A DNA stretch of 32,000 nucleotides, from positions 355,520-387,519 of the forward strand of contig AP014683.1 of the NCBI GenBank assembly GCA_000828975.1, written 5' to 3'. Under the pieces are notes generated by a model. The model was not told the origin of the DNA. It saw only the letters and a list, made by a program, of their open reading frames with translations, and made no database searches. How positions within the stretch are numbered: position 1 is the stretch's first letter; the number at the start of each line of letters is the position of its first letter. Of this stretch, positions 6,491-20,124 are shown in pieces. Both the position numbers and the translations under genes were made by a program. This DNA comes from Burkholderiales bacterium GJ-E10 (GTDB lineage Bacteria > Pseudomonadota > Gammaproteobacteria > Burkholderiales > Burkholderiaceae_F).

Positions 6491-8311
6491 TCAAGCCCCG
6501 ATCCATCCCGTCCGCAGTCGTTTTACGGGGACCGTCGGACGAGGATCCAGCGACAACTTCCACGAAACCGGAGCTTGCGCCGCGACCCGCACCGGGAAAC
6601 GCAGCAGTTCGTCCCGGCGGAATGCCAGGATTTCGACGTTTTCCCCGGGCGGAATCCGCGCGAGCAGCGCATCCAGGCGGTTGTTGCCGGCGCGCAATCC
6701 GTCGACGGCGACGATCTGGTCGCCGGCGGACAAACCCGCGCGCTGGGCCGGCCCGCCATCGAAGGCGACACGGATCCGGCCGTCCGCTGCGTCGACCCGG
6801 CATCCGAGGCGGGCGAAGTGCAGCGGATCGGATGTTGGTCCGGCTTCGACCCGCACCCCGAATTTCGGCAACAACTCGGACAGGTCGGGATCGGAGGTTT
6901 CCTGGGTCCAGGCGGCGAGCCATGCGCTGGCGTCCACTCCCGTGGCTTCCAGGACGACCGCTGCGATTTCGTCCTCGGCCACGCCGGCGTAGTCCGCCCC
7001 GGCCCGCTTGTAGCGCCGCCAGAGATGGCGCATGACATCGTCGAGGGATCGCCGCCCCGCGGTCTCGCGGCGGATCGACAGGTCCAGTGCGAGCGCCACC
7101 AGGGCGCCTTTCTGGTAGTAGCTCACCACGGCGTTCGGCGTGTTCTCGTCGGGCTTGTAGTACTTGATCCAGGCGTCGAACGAACTTTCGGCGAGGCTTT
7201 GCCTGCGCCGCCCGCTGTGTTGCAGGACCGAAGCCATCGTCCGCGCCAGGATGTCGAGATATTGCTCGCGGCGGAGCAGGCCGCAGCGCACCAGCGCCAG
7301 GTCGTCGTAGTAGGAGGTGAACCCTTCGAACACCCAGAGCAGCGTGGTGTGGTTCTCGCGGGTGAGGTCGTAAGGGATGAACGCGGCGGGGCGGATCCGC
7401 TTGACGTGCCAGGCGTGAAAGTACTCGTGGCTCGCAAGGCCGAGGAAGCGGCGGTATCCCTCGGTGCTCGCCTGCATTCCGACGTAGGGCAGGTCGTCGC
7501 GGCGGCATAGCAGTGCGGTGCTGGCGCGGTGCTCCAGGCCGCCGTAGCCATCGTCGACGGCAAGGGTCAGGAAGGTATAGCGCGCGAATGGTGGCGTATG
7601 CGAGCGCGGCTCGAACAGGCGCACGTGCGTGGCGCAGACCTGCGCCAGATCCGAAGCCAGTCGCTTGGGATCGAGGCGTGGGCCGGCGCCCGTGACGGCG
7701 ACTTCATGCGGCACGCCCTGGACGTCGAAGCACAGCGAAACGAAGCGGCCCATTTCCACGGGCGCATCGATCAATTCGTCATAGTTTTTGGCGCGGTAGC
7801 GGCCGAATCCGCCCCGCGCGGTTCCGGCGCAGGGCTCGAGCGCGGTGGTCAGGTGCCAGTCGCGGGCCGCCGGATCCTCGGGGGCGAGGATTTCCACCTC
7901 GCAGGCGTCCCACGCCCGGTCCATGGGAAGCACGAATACGCTGGAGCCGTTGAAAAAGCCGTGCGTGGTGTCGAGATGCGCCGCGCGTACCGAAAGATCG
8001 TGGGCATAGACCTCGTATGCGAGAGTGATGGATGCGGGTCTTGCGGGAGCCCGGCGGCGGGCCGCCGCCCCGATCGGCGCGCAGCGCCAAGTGTGCTTGT
8101 CGATCTTCTCGATCGGCACCGGTCGTCCCCGTCCGTCCCGGGCACGCACGCGCAGGATGTGGCGCGCGAAGTCGCGGATCATGTAGCTGCCGGGGATCCA
8201 GGCGGGGAGGAAGAACCGCTGCCCTTGCGGGTCGGGATCGTCGATCCGGACCGTGACGTGGAACGTGTTTCTGCCGAGGTCGACGGGACGGATTGCGTAA
8301 TGCGTAGTCAT
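6491..8311 (-). CDS. M61 family (glycyl aminopeptidase-like) metallopeptidase with PDZ domain
   Basis: 606 aa. MTTHYAIRPVDLGRNTFHVTVRI; PAWIPGSYMIRDFARHI; zinc motif HEYFHAWHVKRI with downstream WVFEGFTSYYDD; C-terminal PDZ-like GGPAQRAGLSAGDQIVAVDGL. Confidence 0.93.
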   Translation of the reverse strand: MTTHYAIRPVDLGRNTFHVTVRIDDPDPQGQRFFLPAWIPGSYMIRDFARHILRVRARDGRGRPVPIEKIDKHTWRCAPIGAAARRRAPARPASITLAYEVYAHDLSVRAAHLDTTHGFFNGSSVFVLPMDRAWDACEVEILAPEDPAARDWHLTTALEPCAGTARGGFGRYRAKNYDELIDAPVEMGRFVSLCFDVQGVPHEVAVTGAGPRLDPKRLASDLAQVCATHVRLFEPRSHTPPFARYTFLTLAVDDGYGGLEHRASTALLCRRDDLPYVGMQASTEGYRRFLGLASHEYFHAWHVKRIRPAAFIPYDLTRENHTTLLWVFEGFTSYYDDLALVRCGLLRREQYLDILARTMASVLQHSGRRRQSLAESSFDAWIKYYKPDENTPNAVVSYYQKGALVALALDLSIRRETAGRRSLDDVMRHLWRRYKRAGADYAGVAEDEIAAVVLEATGVDASAWLAAWTQETSDPDLSELLPKFGVRVEAGPTSDPLHFARLGCRVDAADGRIRVAFDGGPAQRAGLSAGDQIVAVDGLRAGNNRLDALLARIPPGENVEILAFRRDELLRFPVRVAAQAPVSWKLSLDPRPTVPVKRLRTGWIGA

Positions 8312-8352
8312 GGCAACAATATTACGGAACTATTGAAAAATACTGGATTTTT

Positions 8353-11028
8353 TTGCCCAGGACATGGCAGAATCCTTCTCCGGTCCGAGCCGGAACGCGG
8401 TTCCCAGGCATGCTCCGGGGATCGGGCCAGATCGGAGGCGCGTTGGGTTTTGCCGTTATCCCACTTCGTCAGTCCGCGCTGGAATCTACGCTTCAGCAGG
8501 AAGCGTTCGAACATCTTCCTCTGGCCTGCGTCTGTCTGAATGCTTCGGCGCAGATTCTCGCCGCCAATCGTGCGTTCGCGCGAATGGTCGGAGCCGCCGA
8601 GGGTGGACTCGTCGGGAGCAACCTTGCCGAATTGCCGCTCGTTGCACGCCCGCGGGCGTTCCCGCGGCGCTGGTCCCGGTTCTGGATTCGCCTCCTCGAG
8701 CGTAGAGCGATGGCCCTGCGTCTCCGCGGGGGAGCGCTGCGCGGCAAGCGCCTGACGCTCCATATCTCCGCATCGATGCCGCGCAGCGACGGCGAGTTGA
8801 TCGCCGTTTTGCTGATTCGCGAGTCCGGCATGGATGCCGCGGTGCGCCTGGGGGCGGCGCAGTCGGCTGCATATGCCGACCCGGCGGTGGTGGCGACCGC
8901 TCTATTGGCGCCGGATCGACGTGTCTTGACGGCGGCGGGGCGGATAGGCGGTTTTCTGGGGGTGCGTCCCGCCGAGGCCCAAGGCGTGCCGTTCGAATAC
9001 CTGCTGGACGAAGCGACGGCGCGGGAGTTTCTGCTTGCGGTCGATGGGCTGCCGTCCCGCCCGATCCGCGCGGAGGTCACGCTTTCCGGAATGATGCGAA
9101 ATATTGCCGAGGGCGCGGCGGCGCGGCGCATCGCCCTGACGGTGACGAATTTCGTCGGGGTCGTGGGGATCGATGGCCTCCTGGTGCAGGTGCGCGATGC
9201 GGGGGAGGAGGGCGCCGTGCCGGCGCCCGCCAGCCGCCTTGGGGACCGCCTCCTGCAGATGACGGTGCAGTCCCATGCGGATTTCCTGCAGTCCCTCGCC
9301 GGAGTCCTGCAGTCGAGCGCCGACGCTCTGCGGACGTCGATCGTGGGATTCTGGCGAACCGATCGGACATCGGGAAAGCTGGTGTGCGAGGCGGTGTACT
9401 CGCGGCCGGAACAACGGTTGCTGCGCGACTGGGTCGGGATGCCGTTCCCGGAGGTCGGCGTCGTCGAGCCGATGGCGCGCCTGCACGATCGCGCCCCACT
9501 GGCGCTGGGTGACCTTGGACGGGATGACGCGGGCCGAAGGGGGGCGCGATGGCGCGGGATCCGCGCATTCCTGTCCGCGCCGGTCCTGATCGAGGGCGAA
9601 CCCGCCGGGGTGATCGCCGCGGCCGATACGGTGCCGCGGCGCTGGACGGACGAGGAGGTGGGCTTCGTCGCGAGCGCCGGGCTCATGGTTTCGCTGACCC
9701 TGGAGGCGGCCCAGCGCGCCGAAGTCGAGGGTCGGGTCGAGCAACTGGCCTGGTATGACGCGCTCACCGGACTGCCGAACCGCAACCTCCTCCGGGAGTC
9801 GTTGCGGGATGCCCTGTCGTCGGCCGCCGAAAACAAGACACGGGTCGGCGTACTGCTCATCGACCTGGACCGCTTCAAGGATGTCAACGACACGCTCGGC
9901 CATCTGGTCGGCGACTCCCTGATCAAGTCGGTTGCGGACACCCTTCGCCAGGTCGCGGGCGGGGAGGCGGTGGCGCGGCTGGGCGGCGACGAGTTCGTCG
10001 TCGTCTATGACGGGTTCTCGCATCGCCAGGAAGTAGCGCATCTTGCCGCGCAGGTCGCGGGGGCGCTTCATCGCAGTGATTTCGTTCCCAACGTCATGGC
10101 GCAGGTTTCGGCGTCGATCGGCGTGGCCTTGTATCCGGAGCACGGTCGGGAAATCGGCACCCTGCTCAAGTACGCGGACGCCGCCATGTATCAGGCCAAG
10201 CGCGACGGCGGGAACCAGGTGCGCTTCTTCAATCCCATCCGGTACGAGCGGGAGGCCCAGGAATTGCGCCTGGGCGTGGAACTGGCACGGGCGGTGCAGG
10301 CCGACTCGCCCCAGCTCTTCCTCGAGTACCAGCCGCAGGTCGACATGACCACGCGCCGGGTCGTGGGCCTGGAGGCGCTCGTGCGTTGGCGCCACCCCGT
10401 TCGGGGCGTCCTGATGCCCGATCGGTTCATCGAGGCGGCGGAAACGGGCAGGTTGTCCGAGCGGATCACGTCCTGGGTCGTGCATGAGGCCTGCGCCCAG
10501 ATCGTGCGGTGGCGTCAGGCTCACCCCCAATTCGACATTCCGATCGCGGTCAACGTCGCCGGCCGGGAGTTCGGCTCCAATACCTTGCCGGCGTTGGTGC
10601 GCTCCGCCCTGGCGCGCTTCAACGTCGACCCCCGGATGATCAATCTGGAGGTGACCGAACGCACGGTCATCCGCGACGGCGAAGCCGACAACGACGTCAT
10701 CGGGGAACTGCGTGCCCTGGGCGTCGGCCTGGTGCTGGACGACTTTGGAACCGGCTATTCGACACTCGGCTATCTCCGGCGCCTGCCGATCCGGGCGATC
10801 AAGATCGATCGCATGTTCGTCGAGGGCCTGCCGCACGACCCGGACGGCTGCGCCATCGTGCATGCGCTGCTCGCCGTCGCGCGCCATTTCCGCCTCGCCG
10901 TGGTCGCCGAGGGGGTGGAGCGGGAGGAACAAGCGGGGTATCTCCATGCCCAGGGTTGCGCCTATGCCCAGGGAAACCTGTTTGCCCGTCCGATGTCTGC
11001 GGCCGAAATCGAGGGTCTGATCGCCTAG
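8353..11028 (+). CDS. PAS-GAF-GGDEF-EAL sensor protein (diguanylate cyclase/phosphodiesterase); exact start uncertain
   Basis: Two PAS-like regions; GAF-like region (DALRTSIVGFWRTDRTSGKLVCEAV); intact GGDEF in VARLGGDEFVVVYD; EAL domain GLEALVRWRHP, NLEVTERTVI, LDDFGTGYSTLGYL, VVAEGVE. Confidence 0.93.
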   Translation: MPRTWQNPSPVRAGTRFPGMLRGSGQIGGALGFAVIPLRQSALESTLQQEAFEHLPLACVCLNASAQILAANRAFARMVGAAEGGLVGSNLAELPLVARPRAFPRRWSRFWIRLLERRAMALRLRGGALRGKRLTLHISASMPRSDGELIAVLLIRESGMDAAVRLGAAQSAAYADPAVVATALLAPDRRVLTAAGRIGGFLGVRPAEAQGVPFEYLLDEATAREFLLAVDGLPSRPIRAEVTLSGMMRNIAEGAAARRIALTVTNFVGVVGIDGLLVQVRDAGEEGAVPAPASRLGDRLLQMTVQSHADFLQSLAGVLQSSADALRTSIVGFWRTDRTSGKLVCEAVYSRPEQRLLRDWVGMPFPEVGVVEPMARLHDRAPLALGDLGRDDAGRRGARWRGIRAFLSAPVLIEGEPAGVIAAADTVPRRWTDEEVGFVASAGLMVSLTLEAAQRAEVEGRVEQLAWYDALTGLPNRNLLRESLRDALSSAAENKTRVGVLLIDLDRFKDVNDTLGHLVGDSLIKSVADTLRQVAGGEAVARLGGDEFVVVYDGFSHRQEVAHLAAQVAGALHRSDFVPNVMAQVSASIGVALYPEHGREIGTLLKYADAAMYQAKRDGGNQVRFFNPIRYEREAQELRLGVELARAVQADSPQLFLEYQPQVDMTTRRVVGLEALVRWRHPVRGVLMPDRFIEAAETGRLSERITSWVVHEACAQIVRWRQAHPQFDIPIAVNVAGREFGSNTLPALVRSALARFNVDPRMINLEVTERTVIRDGEADNDVIGELRALGVGLVLDDFGTGYSTLGYLRRLPIRAIKIDRMFVEGLPHDPDGCAIVHALLAVARHFRLAVVAEGVEREEQAGYLHAQGCAYAQGNLFARPMSAAEIEGLIA

Positions 11029-11066
11029 GGCGCGGTCCTCGCCTGCGCCGGGCGCCTTGCCGGCCC

Positions 11067-11087
11067 CGCGCAAAGCGCGATTTTTTT
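11067..11087 (+). terminator. Rho-independent terminator of the GGDEF/EAL gene
   Basis: CGCGC-AAA-GCGCG-A-TTTTTTT. Confidence 0.7.
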
Positions 11088-11139
11088 CCTTTTTATATCA
11101 AATGGTTGCAAAGGCTTCCAGAGAGGGCCATTTTCCAAT

Positions 11140-11168
11140 TTGACAGGACTCTTTCTCATCCCCATAAT
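11140..11168 (+). promoter_or_regulatory. Sigma70-type rrn promoter
   Basis: TTGACA (11140-11145), 17-bp spacer, CATAAT (11163-11168), about 250 bp upstream of 16S. Confidence 0.75.
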
Positions 11169-11233
11169 CTCGTTTCTCTGCTGCTCGCGCTGCAAAACGC
11201 AAGTGCCCCTGGTACTTGCCTGGCCGGTGGCGG

Positions 11234-11247
11234 TGTTCTTTAACAAG
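11234..11247 (+). promoter_or_regulatory. boxA-like antitermination site in the 16S leader
   Basis: TGTTCTTTAACAAG, similar to the canonical TGCTCTTTAACA. Confidence 0.65.
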
Positions 11248-11420
11248 AGAAACAACCGATAAGCGTGGGCGCTTGATGGGTAGGCGCAACCGCACGACGG
11301 TCCCGGTTCCGGGTTCGTTGGCGGATTGTCTCAACTCAAAGAGTAGCTCACGGATTGAAGTAACGATCAATTCCGCGAGCATAGAAAGCGGACGTACGTA
11401 AGTATGTTTGCTAAGGATTT

Positions 11421-12954
<1,534 letters not shown>

Positions 12955-13080
12955 GAGATCGCGCCTCGATTCAAGCGTCCACACTTATCGGTTGTTCATG
13001 TCCAAGGCAGGGTCGGAGAATGGCGCGACATTCGGCGCGCATAGCGCAAGCGCTGTTGGCCTGAGGAATCGATGATTCTA

Positions 13081-13157
13081 GGGTCTGTAGCTCAGCCGGT
13101 TAGAGCACCGTCTTGATAAGGCGGGGGTCGTTGGTTCGAATCCAACCAGACCCACCA
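13081..13157 (+). tRNA. ileT: tRNA-Ile (GAT)
   Basis: GGGTCTGTAGCTCAGCCGGTTAGAGC...CTTGATAAG...GGTTCGAATCCAACCAGACCCACCA; encoded CCA. Confidence 0.97.
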
Positions 13158-13178
13158 GCGTCTCGCGTCTCGCTTGAC

Positions 13179-13254
13179 GGGGGTGTAGCTCAGTTGGGAG
13201 AGCGCCTGCTTTGCAAGCAGGAGGTCATCGGTTCGATCCCGTTCACCTCCACCA
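13179..13254 (+). tRNA. alaT: tRNA-Ala (TGC)
   Basis: GGGGGTGTAGCTCAGTTGGGAGAGCGCCTGCTTTGCAAGCAGGAGGTCATCGGTTCGATCCCGTTCACCTCCACCA. Confidence 0.97.
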
Positions 13255-13330
13255 CTGCAGCCTTGTCGGAGTTCATGCGCGATGGCATTCGGTGCCATGG
13301 CGCCTGACCTCCGGGTCTGGACAGAATCTC

Positions 13331-13343
13331 GTTCTTTAACAAT
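13331..13343 (+). promoter_or_regulatory. boxA-like site upstream of 23S
   Basis: GTTCTTTAACAAT in the 16S-23S spacer. Confidence 0.55.
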
Positions 13344-13477
13344 TCGAAGAAGCAAAGCGCATCGGCTCTTGATATGAGAGGAGCCGATGCCGGGTTGAAT
13401 TATTGCATTCAAACTCTCAGCAACTTGAGAAACAGCAAATCGTCGCGACATGACGGACCGGAGACGGCACCGTTATA

Positions 13478-16356
<2,879 letters not shown>

Positions 16357-16503
16357 TATAACCGTGCTGCCTCCCTCGAGGTGTTGGGGTGAGAGTGCAA
16401 TCAACCAGGTCTGTTCCGAATCGGAACAGACGCTTGCTTCCTTCGAATTGGATCGTTCGTACGCGCCGGTTTCCGGCGCGCGACGAAAGGTCGTCCGTCT
16501 TCA

Positions 16504-16619
16504 GCCTGATGACCATAGCGAGGTGGAACCACTCCTTCCCATCCCGAACAGGACAGTGAAACGCCTCAGCGCCGATGATAGTGGGATGTATTTCCTGTGA
16601 AAGTAGGACATCGTCAGGC
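16504..16619 (+). rRNA. rrf: 5S ribosomal RNA
   Basis: GCCTGATGACCATAGCGAGGTGGAACCACTCCTTCCCATCCCGAACAGGACAGTGAAACGCCTC...GAAAGTAGGACATCGTCAGGC. Confidence 0.93.
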
Positions 16620-16640
16620 TAACCTTACTTGGTGAGAGAG

Positions 16641-16665
16641 AAAAACCCCGCGGTGCGGGGTTTTT
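16641..16665 (+). terminator. Rho-independent terminator of the rrn operon
   Basis: AAAAACCCCGC-GGT-GCGGGGTTTTT immediately after 5S. Confidence 0.92.
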
Positions 16666-16755
16666 CGCTTTTCTCGTGTCAATCATGACACCGATTCCCG
16701 GAAGAACCGCACCGCGACTACGCGATCCGTGCCCTTCCGCACTCGAAAGCAAATC

Positions 16756-18117
16756 ATGTCGTTTGAATCCCTTGGGCTAGGCGAGGCGCTCGTGCGCGCG
16801 GTCGCGGATGCGGGCTATACGGAGCCCACCCCGATCCAGCGGGAGGCGATCCCTGCCGTGTTGAGCGGTGGCGACCTGTTGGCCGGAGCACAGACCGGTA
16901 CCGGCAAGACTGCATCGTTCGTTCTTCCGATTCTCGAGCGCCTCCATCGCGCGGGCGACGCGCCGCAGGAAGGGCGCCGCAATGGACGCCGGATCCGGGC
17001 GCTGATCCTGGCACCGACGCGCGAGCTGGCGGCCCAGGTGGAGCAGAGCGTCCGCGAATACGGAAAGTACTCCCCGCTGCAGTCCCTGGCGGTGTTCGGG
17101 GGCGTGTCGATCAATCCGCAGATCGAACGACTGCGCCGCGGTGTGGACATCCTGGTGGCGACCCCCGGGCGGCTGCTGGACCACCACAGCCAGCGGACGA
17201 TCGATCTTTCCGGCATCGAGATCCTCGTTCTGGACGAAGCCGACCGCATGCTGGACATGGGGTTCATTCATGACATCCGCCGGGTGCTGGCGATCCTGCC
17301 GAAGAAGCGGCAGAGCCTGCTGTTCTCGGCGACGTTTGCCGAGCCGGTCCGGGTCCTGGCGGAATCCTTGCTGCACACGCCCAAGCGAATCCAGGTGACG
17401 CCGAAGAACACGACGGTGGATGCGGTCAACCAGGTCGTGGTGCCGGTCGACGCTGCGCGGAAGGCGGACCTGCTGGAGCACCTGATCCGCGAAGGAAACT
17501 GGTTCCAGGTGCTGGTGTTCACGCGAACCAAGCACGGTGCGAACAAGCTCGCGACCCGCCTGGAAAAGTGCGGGATCAGTGCGCTCGCCATTCACGGCAA
17601 CAAGAGTCAGAACGCGCGGACGCGCGCGCTGCAGGAATTCAAGAGCGGATCGCTGCAGGTCTTGGTGGCCACCGATATTGCGGCGCGAGGGCTGGATATC
17701 GAGCAGCTCCCGCACGTGGTGAACTTTGAACTGCCCATGGTCGCAGAGGACTACGTCCACCGGATCGGCCGCACCGGTCGGGCGGGCGCAACCGGGGAGG
17801 CGATATCGCTCGTGGCAGTGGATGAGGCGCCACGCCTGCACGATATCGAACGCCTGACGAAACGCGATCTCCCGCGGCGCACCGTTGCCGGATTCGAGCC
17901 CGAACGGCCGCTGCCCCAGGCCGGCTCCGGCGGCGCGCGGAAGCGGAGCGATTCCCGCCCCGCGGCCAATCGCGGTCCGAATCATCCCCCTGCGCGCGCG
18001 GGAGGCCGCGTTCCCGCGGCCGGAGGAGCGCGACACGACGGAGGCGGGCGCTCCGGCGCGGGCCGCCGCCACGGCGAAAAGAGCGGGGAAAGACGCGCAA
18101 ACCGGACCACCGGCTGA
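16756..18117 (+). CDS. rhlE: DEAD-box ATP-dependent RNA helicase RhlE
   Basis: [33 protein letters not shown]; AQTGTGKT; PTRELAAQV; [13 protein letters not shown]; SATF; HRIGRTGR; basic C-terminus. Confidence 0.93.
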   Translation: MSFESLGLGEALVRAVADAGYTEPTPIQREAIPAVLSGGDLLAGAQTGTGKTASFVLPILERLHRAGDAPQEGRRNGRRIRALILAPTRELAAQVEQSVREYGKYSPLQSLAVFGGVSINPQIERLRRGVDILVATPGRLLDHHSQRTIDLSGIEILVLDEADRMLDMGFIHDIRRVLAILPKKRQSLLFSATFAEPVRVLAESLLHTPKRIQVTPKNTTVDAVNQVVVPVDAARKADLLEHLIREGNWFQVLVFTRTKHGANKLATRLEKCGISALAIHGNKSQNARTRALQEFKSGSLQVLVATDIAARGLDIEQLPHVVNFELPMVAEDYVHRIGRTGRAGATGEAISLVAVDEAPRLHDIERLTKRDLPRRTVAGFEPERPLPQAGSGGARKRSDSRPAANRGPNHPPARAGGRVPAAGGARHDGGGRSGAGRRHGEKSGERRANRTTG

Positions 18118-18186
18118 CCGCCCGTTTCCGTACGCTGAGGCAATTCCAAGGTCCAGCAGGGCGCGGAGCGCGCCCGCGGAGTTGCC

Positions 18187-18834
18187 ATGGCGGAGTTCGA
18201 CGAGTCTGCGAACCGACTCACTCTGAAGCTCGTCTACTACGGGCCGGCGCTGAGCGGAAAGACGACGAACCTCCTGCAGTTGCATGACCGGCTTGCCCCG
18301 CCGGTGAAAGGGGAGGTGATGAGCCTCGATACGCGAGGCGATCGCACGCTCTTTTTCGATCTCCTCCCGATCGGGGCACGCTTGCCGGACGGCCTGCTGC
18401 TGAGGGTGAAGGTATATACCGTGCCGGGCCAGGTCGCCCACGACGGGACGCGCAAGGCGGTCCTGTCGCGGGCCGACGGCGTGGCGTTCGTCGCCGACTC
18501 GCAGCGCGGCCAAAGCATCAACAACGGCGAATCGTTCGAGAATCTCGCAGCGAACTGCGCGCGGGTCGGAATCGACTTCGACACGTTGCCGCTGGTCGTG
18601 CAGTACAACAAGCGGGATTTGCCGGGCGTCCTCACCGAAGCCGAAATCGAGGCGCGCTGGCATGGCGCTGCGTGGCCCCTGATGTTCGCATCGGCGGTTG
18701 CCGGGCAAGGCGTGTCCGAGACCTTCGCGGCATTGCTGCAGGCGGTTCTTGGACGCCACCATGCCGAAGGCGGACGGCTCCACCGGTGCGTTCCCGACGG
18801 CCGGGAAGTGCTGGAGGCGTTGGGGCTGGCATGA
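18187..18834 (+). CDS. MglA-like small Ras-type GTPase
   Basis: LKLVYYGPALSGKTTNLLQLHDRL (P-loop), KVYTVPGQVAHDGTRKAVLSRADGVAFVADS, VVQYNKRDLPG. Confidence 0.88.
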   Translation: MAEFDESANRLTLKLVYYGPALSGKTTNLLQLHDRLAPPVKGEVMSLDTRGDRTLFFDLLPIGARLPDGLLLRVKVYTVPGQVAHDGTRKAVLSRADGVAFVADSQRGQSINNGESFENLAANCARVGIDFDTLPLVVQYNKRDLPGVLTEAEIEARWHGAAWPLMFASAVAGQGVSETFAALLQAVLGRHHAEGGRLHRCVPDGREVLEALGLA

Positions 18835-20108
18835 AGGAAATCCGCTCATCCAGCGAGGTTTCGCCGCCGGCCGTCGCCGCGCCCGGACCTCGGTTCGATC
18901 GCGATCGGAGCCTGCACGAACTCCTGGACGACCTGCCGATGCCGCAGATCGGTGCGGCGATCGAACAGCTGTGCGGCCCCTATGTCCTGGTCGACGGCGC
19001 GGGTTCCGTTCATACCCGCCGGGGAGTGATCGCGATCGAGTACGCCGAGATCCCGATCCGGTGGCAGGCCGAGCCGATCGGGTTCCTGCGCGCCTCGGTT
19101 TCCGTCGAACCCGCCGCCCTGCGCAGCGCCGCCGACCTGCTGGAGGCGATCATCGCGTCGGCGGCGCGCTATGCCATGGCACGGGATCTCCACAGCGAGG
19201 CCGTCGCCGCCGATTTCGATGCCCTTCAGCGCAAACACGCGCAGCTCGCCGCGTCCGAGGCACGATATCGCGACCTGGCCGCAAGCCTGGAACGGCGGGT
19301 TGCAGACCAGGTGAAGGCCCTCGACAACGGCTACCGCCAGGTCTACCGTTCCGAGAAACTGGCATCGGTCGGCCGACTCGCCGCCGGTGTCGCCCATGAG
19401 ATCAACAACCCGATCGGCTTCGTGCGCAGCAACCTTGCCACCGCGCGCGGATATGTCGAGAAGTTCGGATCGGTGGGGGCGGCGTTGCGGGAAGGACGGG
19501 CAGGCGAAGCGGAGGGTCGATGGCGCGAATCCGACCTCGACTACATCCTGGAAGACTTTTCCGCGTTGATCGAGGAAAGCATCGCCGGCGCCGACCGGAT
19601 TGCGGCCATCGTCGGCGACCTGCGGCGCGCGGCCAATATCGACCGCGCCGAGGAAGCGCTCGCTGACGTCAACGAGCTCGTGCGCGCTGCCGTGGCACTT
19701 GCGTCGAACGGCGCCGCGGCGCATCCCCGCCTCGCGCTTCAGCTCCGGAACGTCCCGCCGATCCGCTGCCGGCCGGCGCAGATCAGCGAACTGATTCGGA
19801 ATCTTCTATCCAATTCGATCGCCGCGATCCAGTCGGGCGGGGAGGTCACGGTGCGTACCGAAATGGCCGATTCCTGCCTCGTTCTGGAAGTGATCGATAC
19901 CGGCGAGGGGATCGCACCGGAGACGCTCCCCCGGGTATTCGACCCCTTCTTCACCACCCGTGCCATCGGCCAAGGCACCGGCCTTGGGCTGACCGTATGC
20001 CGGGACATCGTTGAGGCGCACGAGGGAACGATCGATCTAGCCAGCGCGCCGGGGCGCGGAACCACCGTGACCGTGCGCATCCCTGCAGGATGGACAGGCG
20101 GAAGCTAG
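18831..20108 (+). CDS. Soluble sensor histidine kinase
   Basis: ATG at 18831 overlaps the GTPase stop. H-box SVGRLAAGVAHEINNPIGFVRSNL; N-box NLLSNSIAAI; VIDTGEGIAPE; GQGTGLGLTVCRDIVEAHEG. No obvious TM segment. Confidence 0.9.
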   Translation: MKEIRSSSEVSPPAVAAPGPRFDRDRSLHELLDDLPMPQIGAAIEQLCGPYVLVDGAGSVHTRRGVIAIEYAEIPIRWQAEPIGFLRASVSVEPAALRSAADLLEAIIASAARYAMARDLHSEAVAADFDALQRKHAQLAASEARYRDLAASLERRVADQVKALDNGYRQVYRSEKLASVGRLAAGVAHEINNPIGFVRSNLATARGYVEKFGSVGAALREGRAGEAEGRWRESDLDYILEDFSALIEESIAGADRIAAIVGDLRRAANIDRAEEALADVNELVRAAVALASNGAAAHPRLALQLRNVPPIRCRPAQISELIRNLLSNSIAAIQSGGEVTVRTEMADSCLVLEVIDTGEGIAPETLPRVFDPFFTTRAIGQGTGLGLTVCRDIVEAHEGTIDLASAPGRGTTVTVRIPAGWTGGS

Positions 20109-20124
20109 GCGGAACCCCCCCATC

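Noticed and set aside
8902-11073. 723-aa minus-strand ORF
   Set aside because: Antisense to the GGDEF/EAL gene.
16777-18849. 690-aa minus-strand ORF
   Set aside because: Antisense to rhlE and the GTPase gene, both of which have full motif support.
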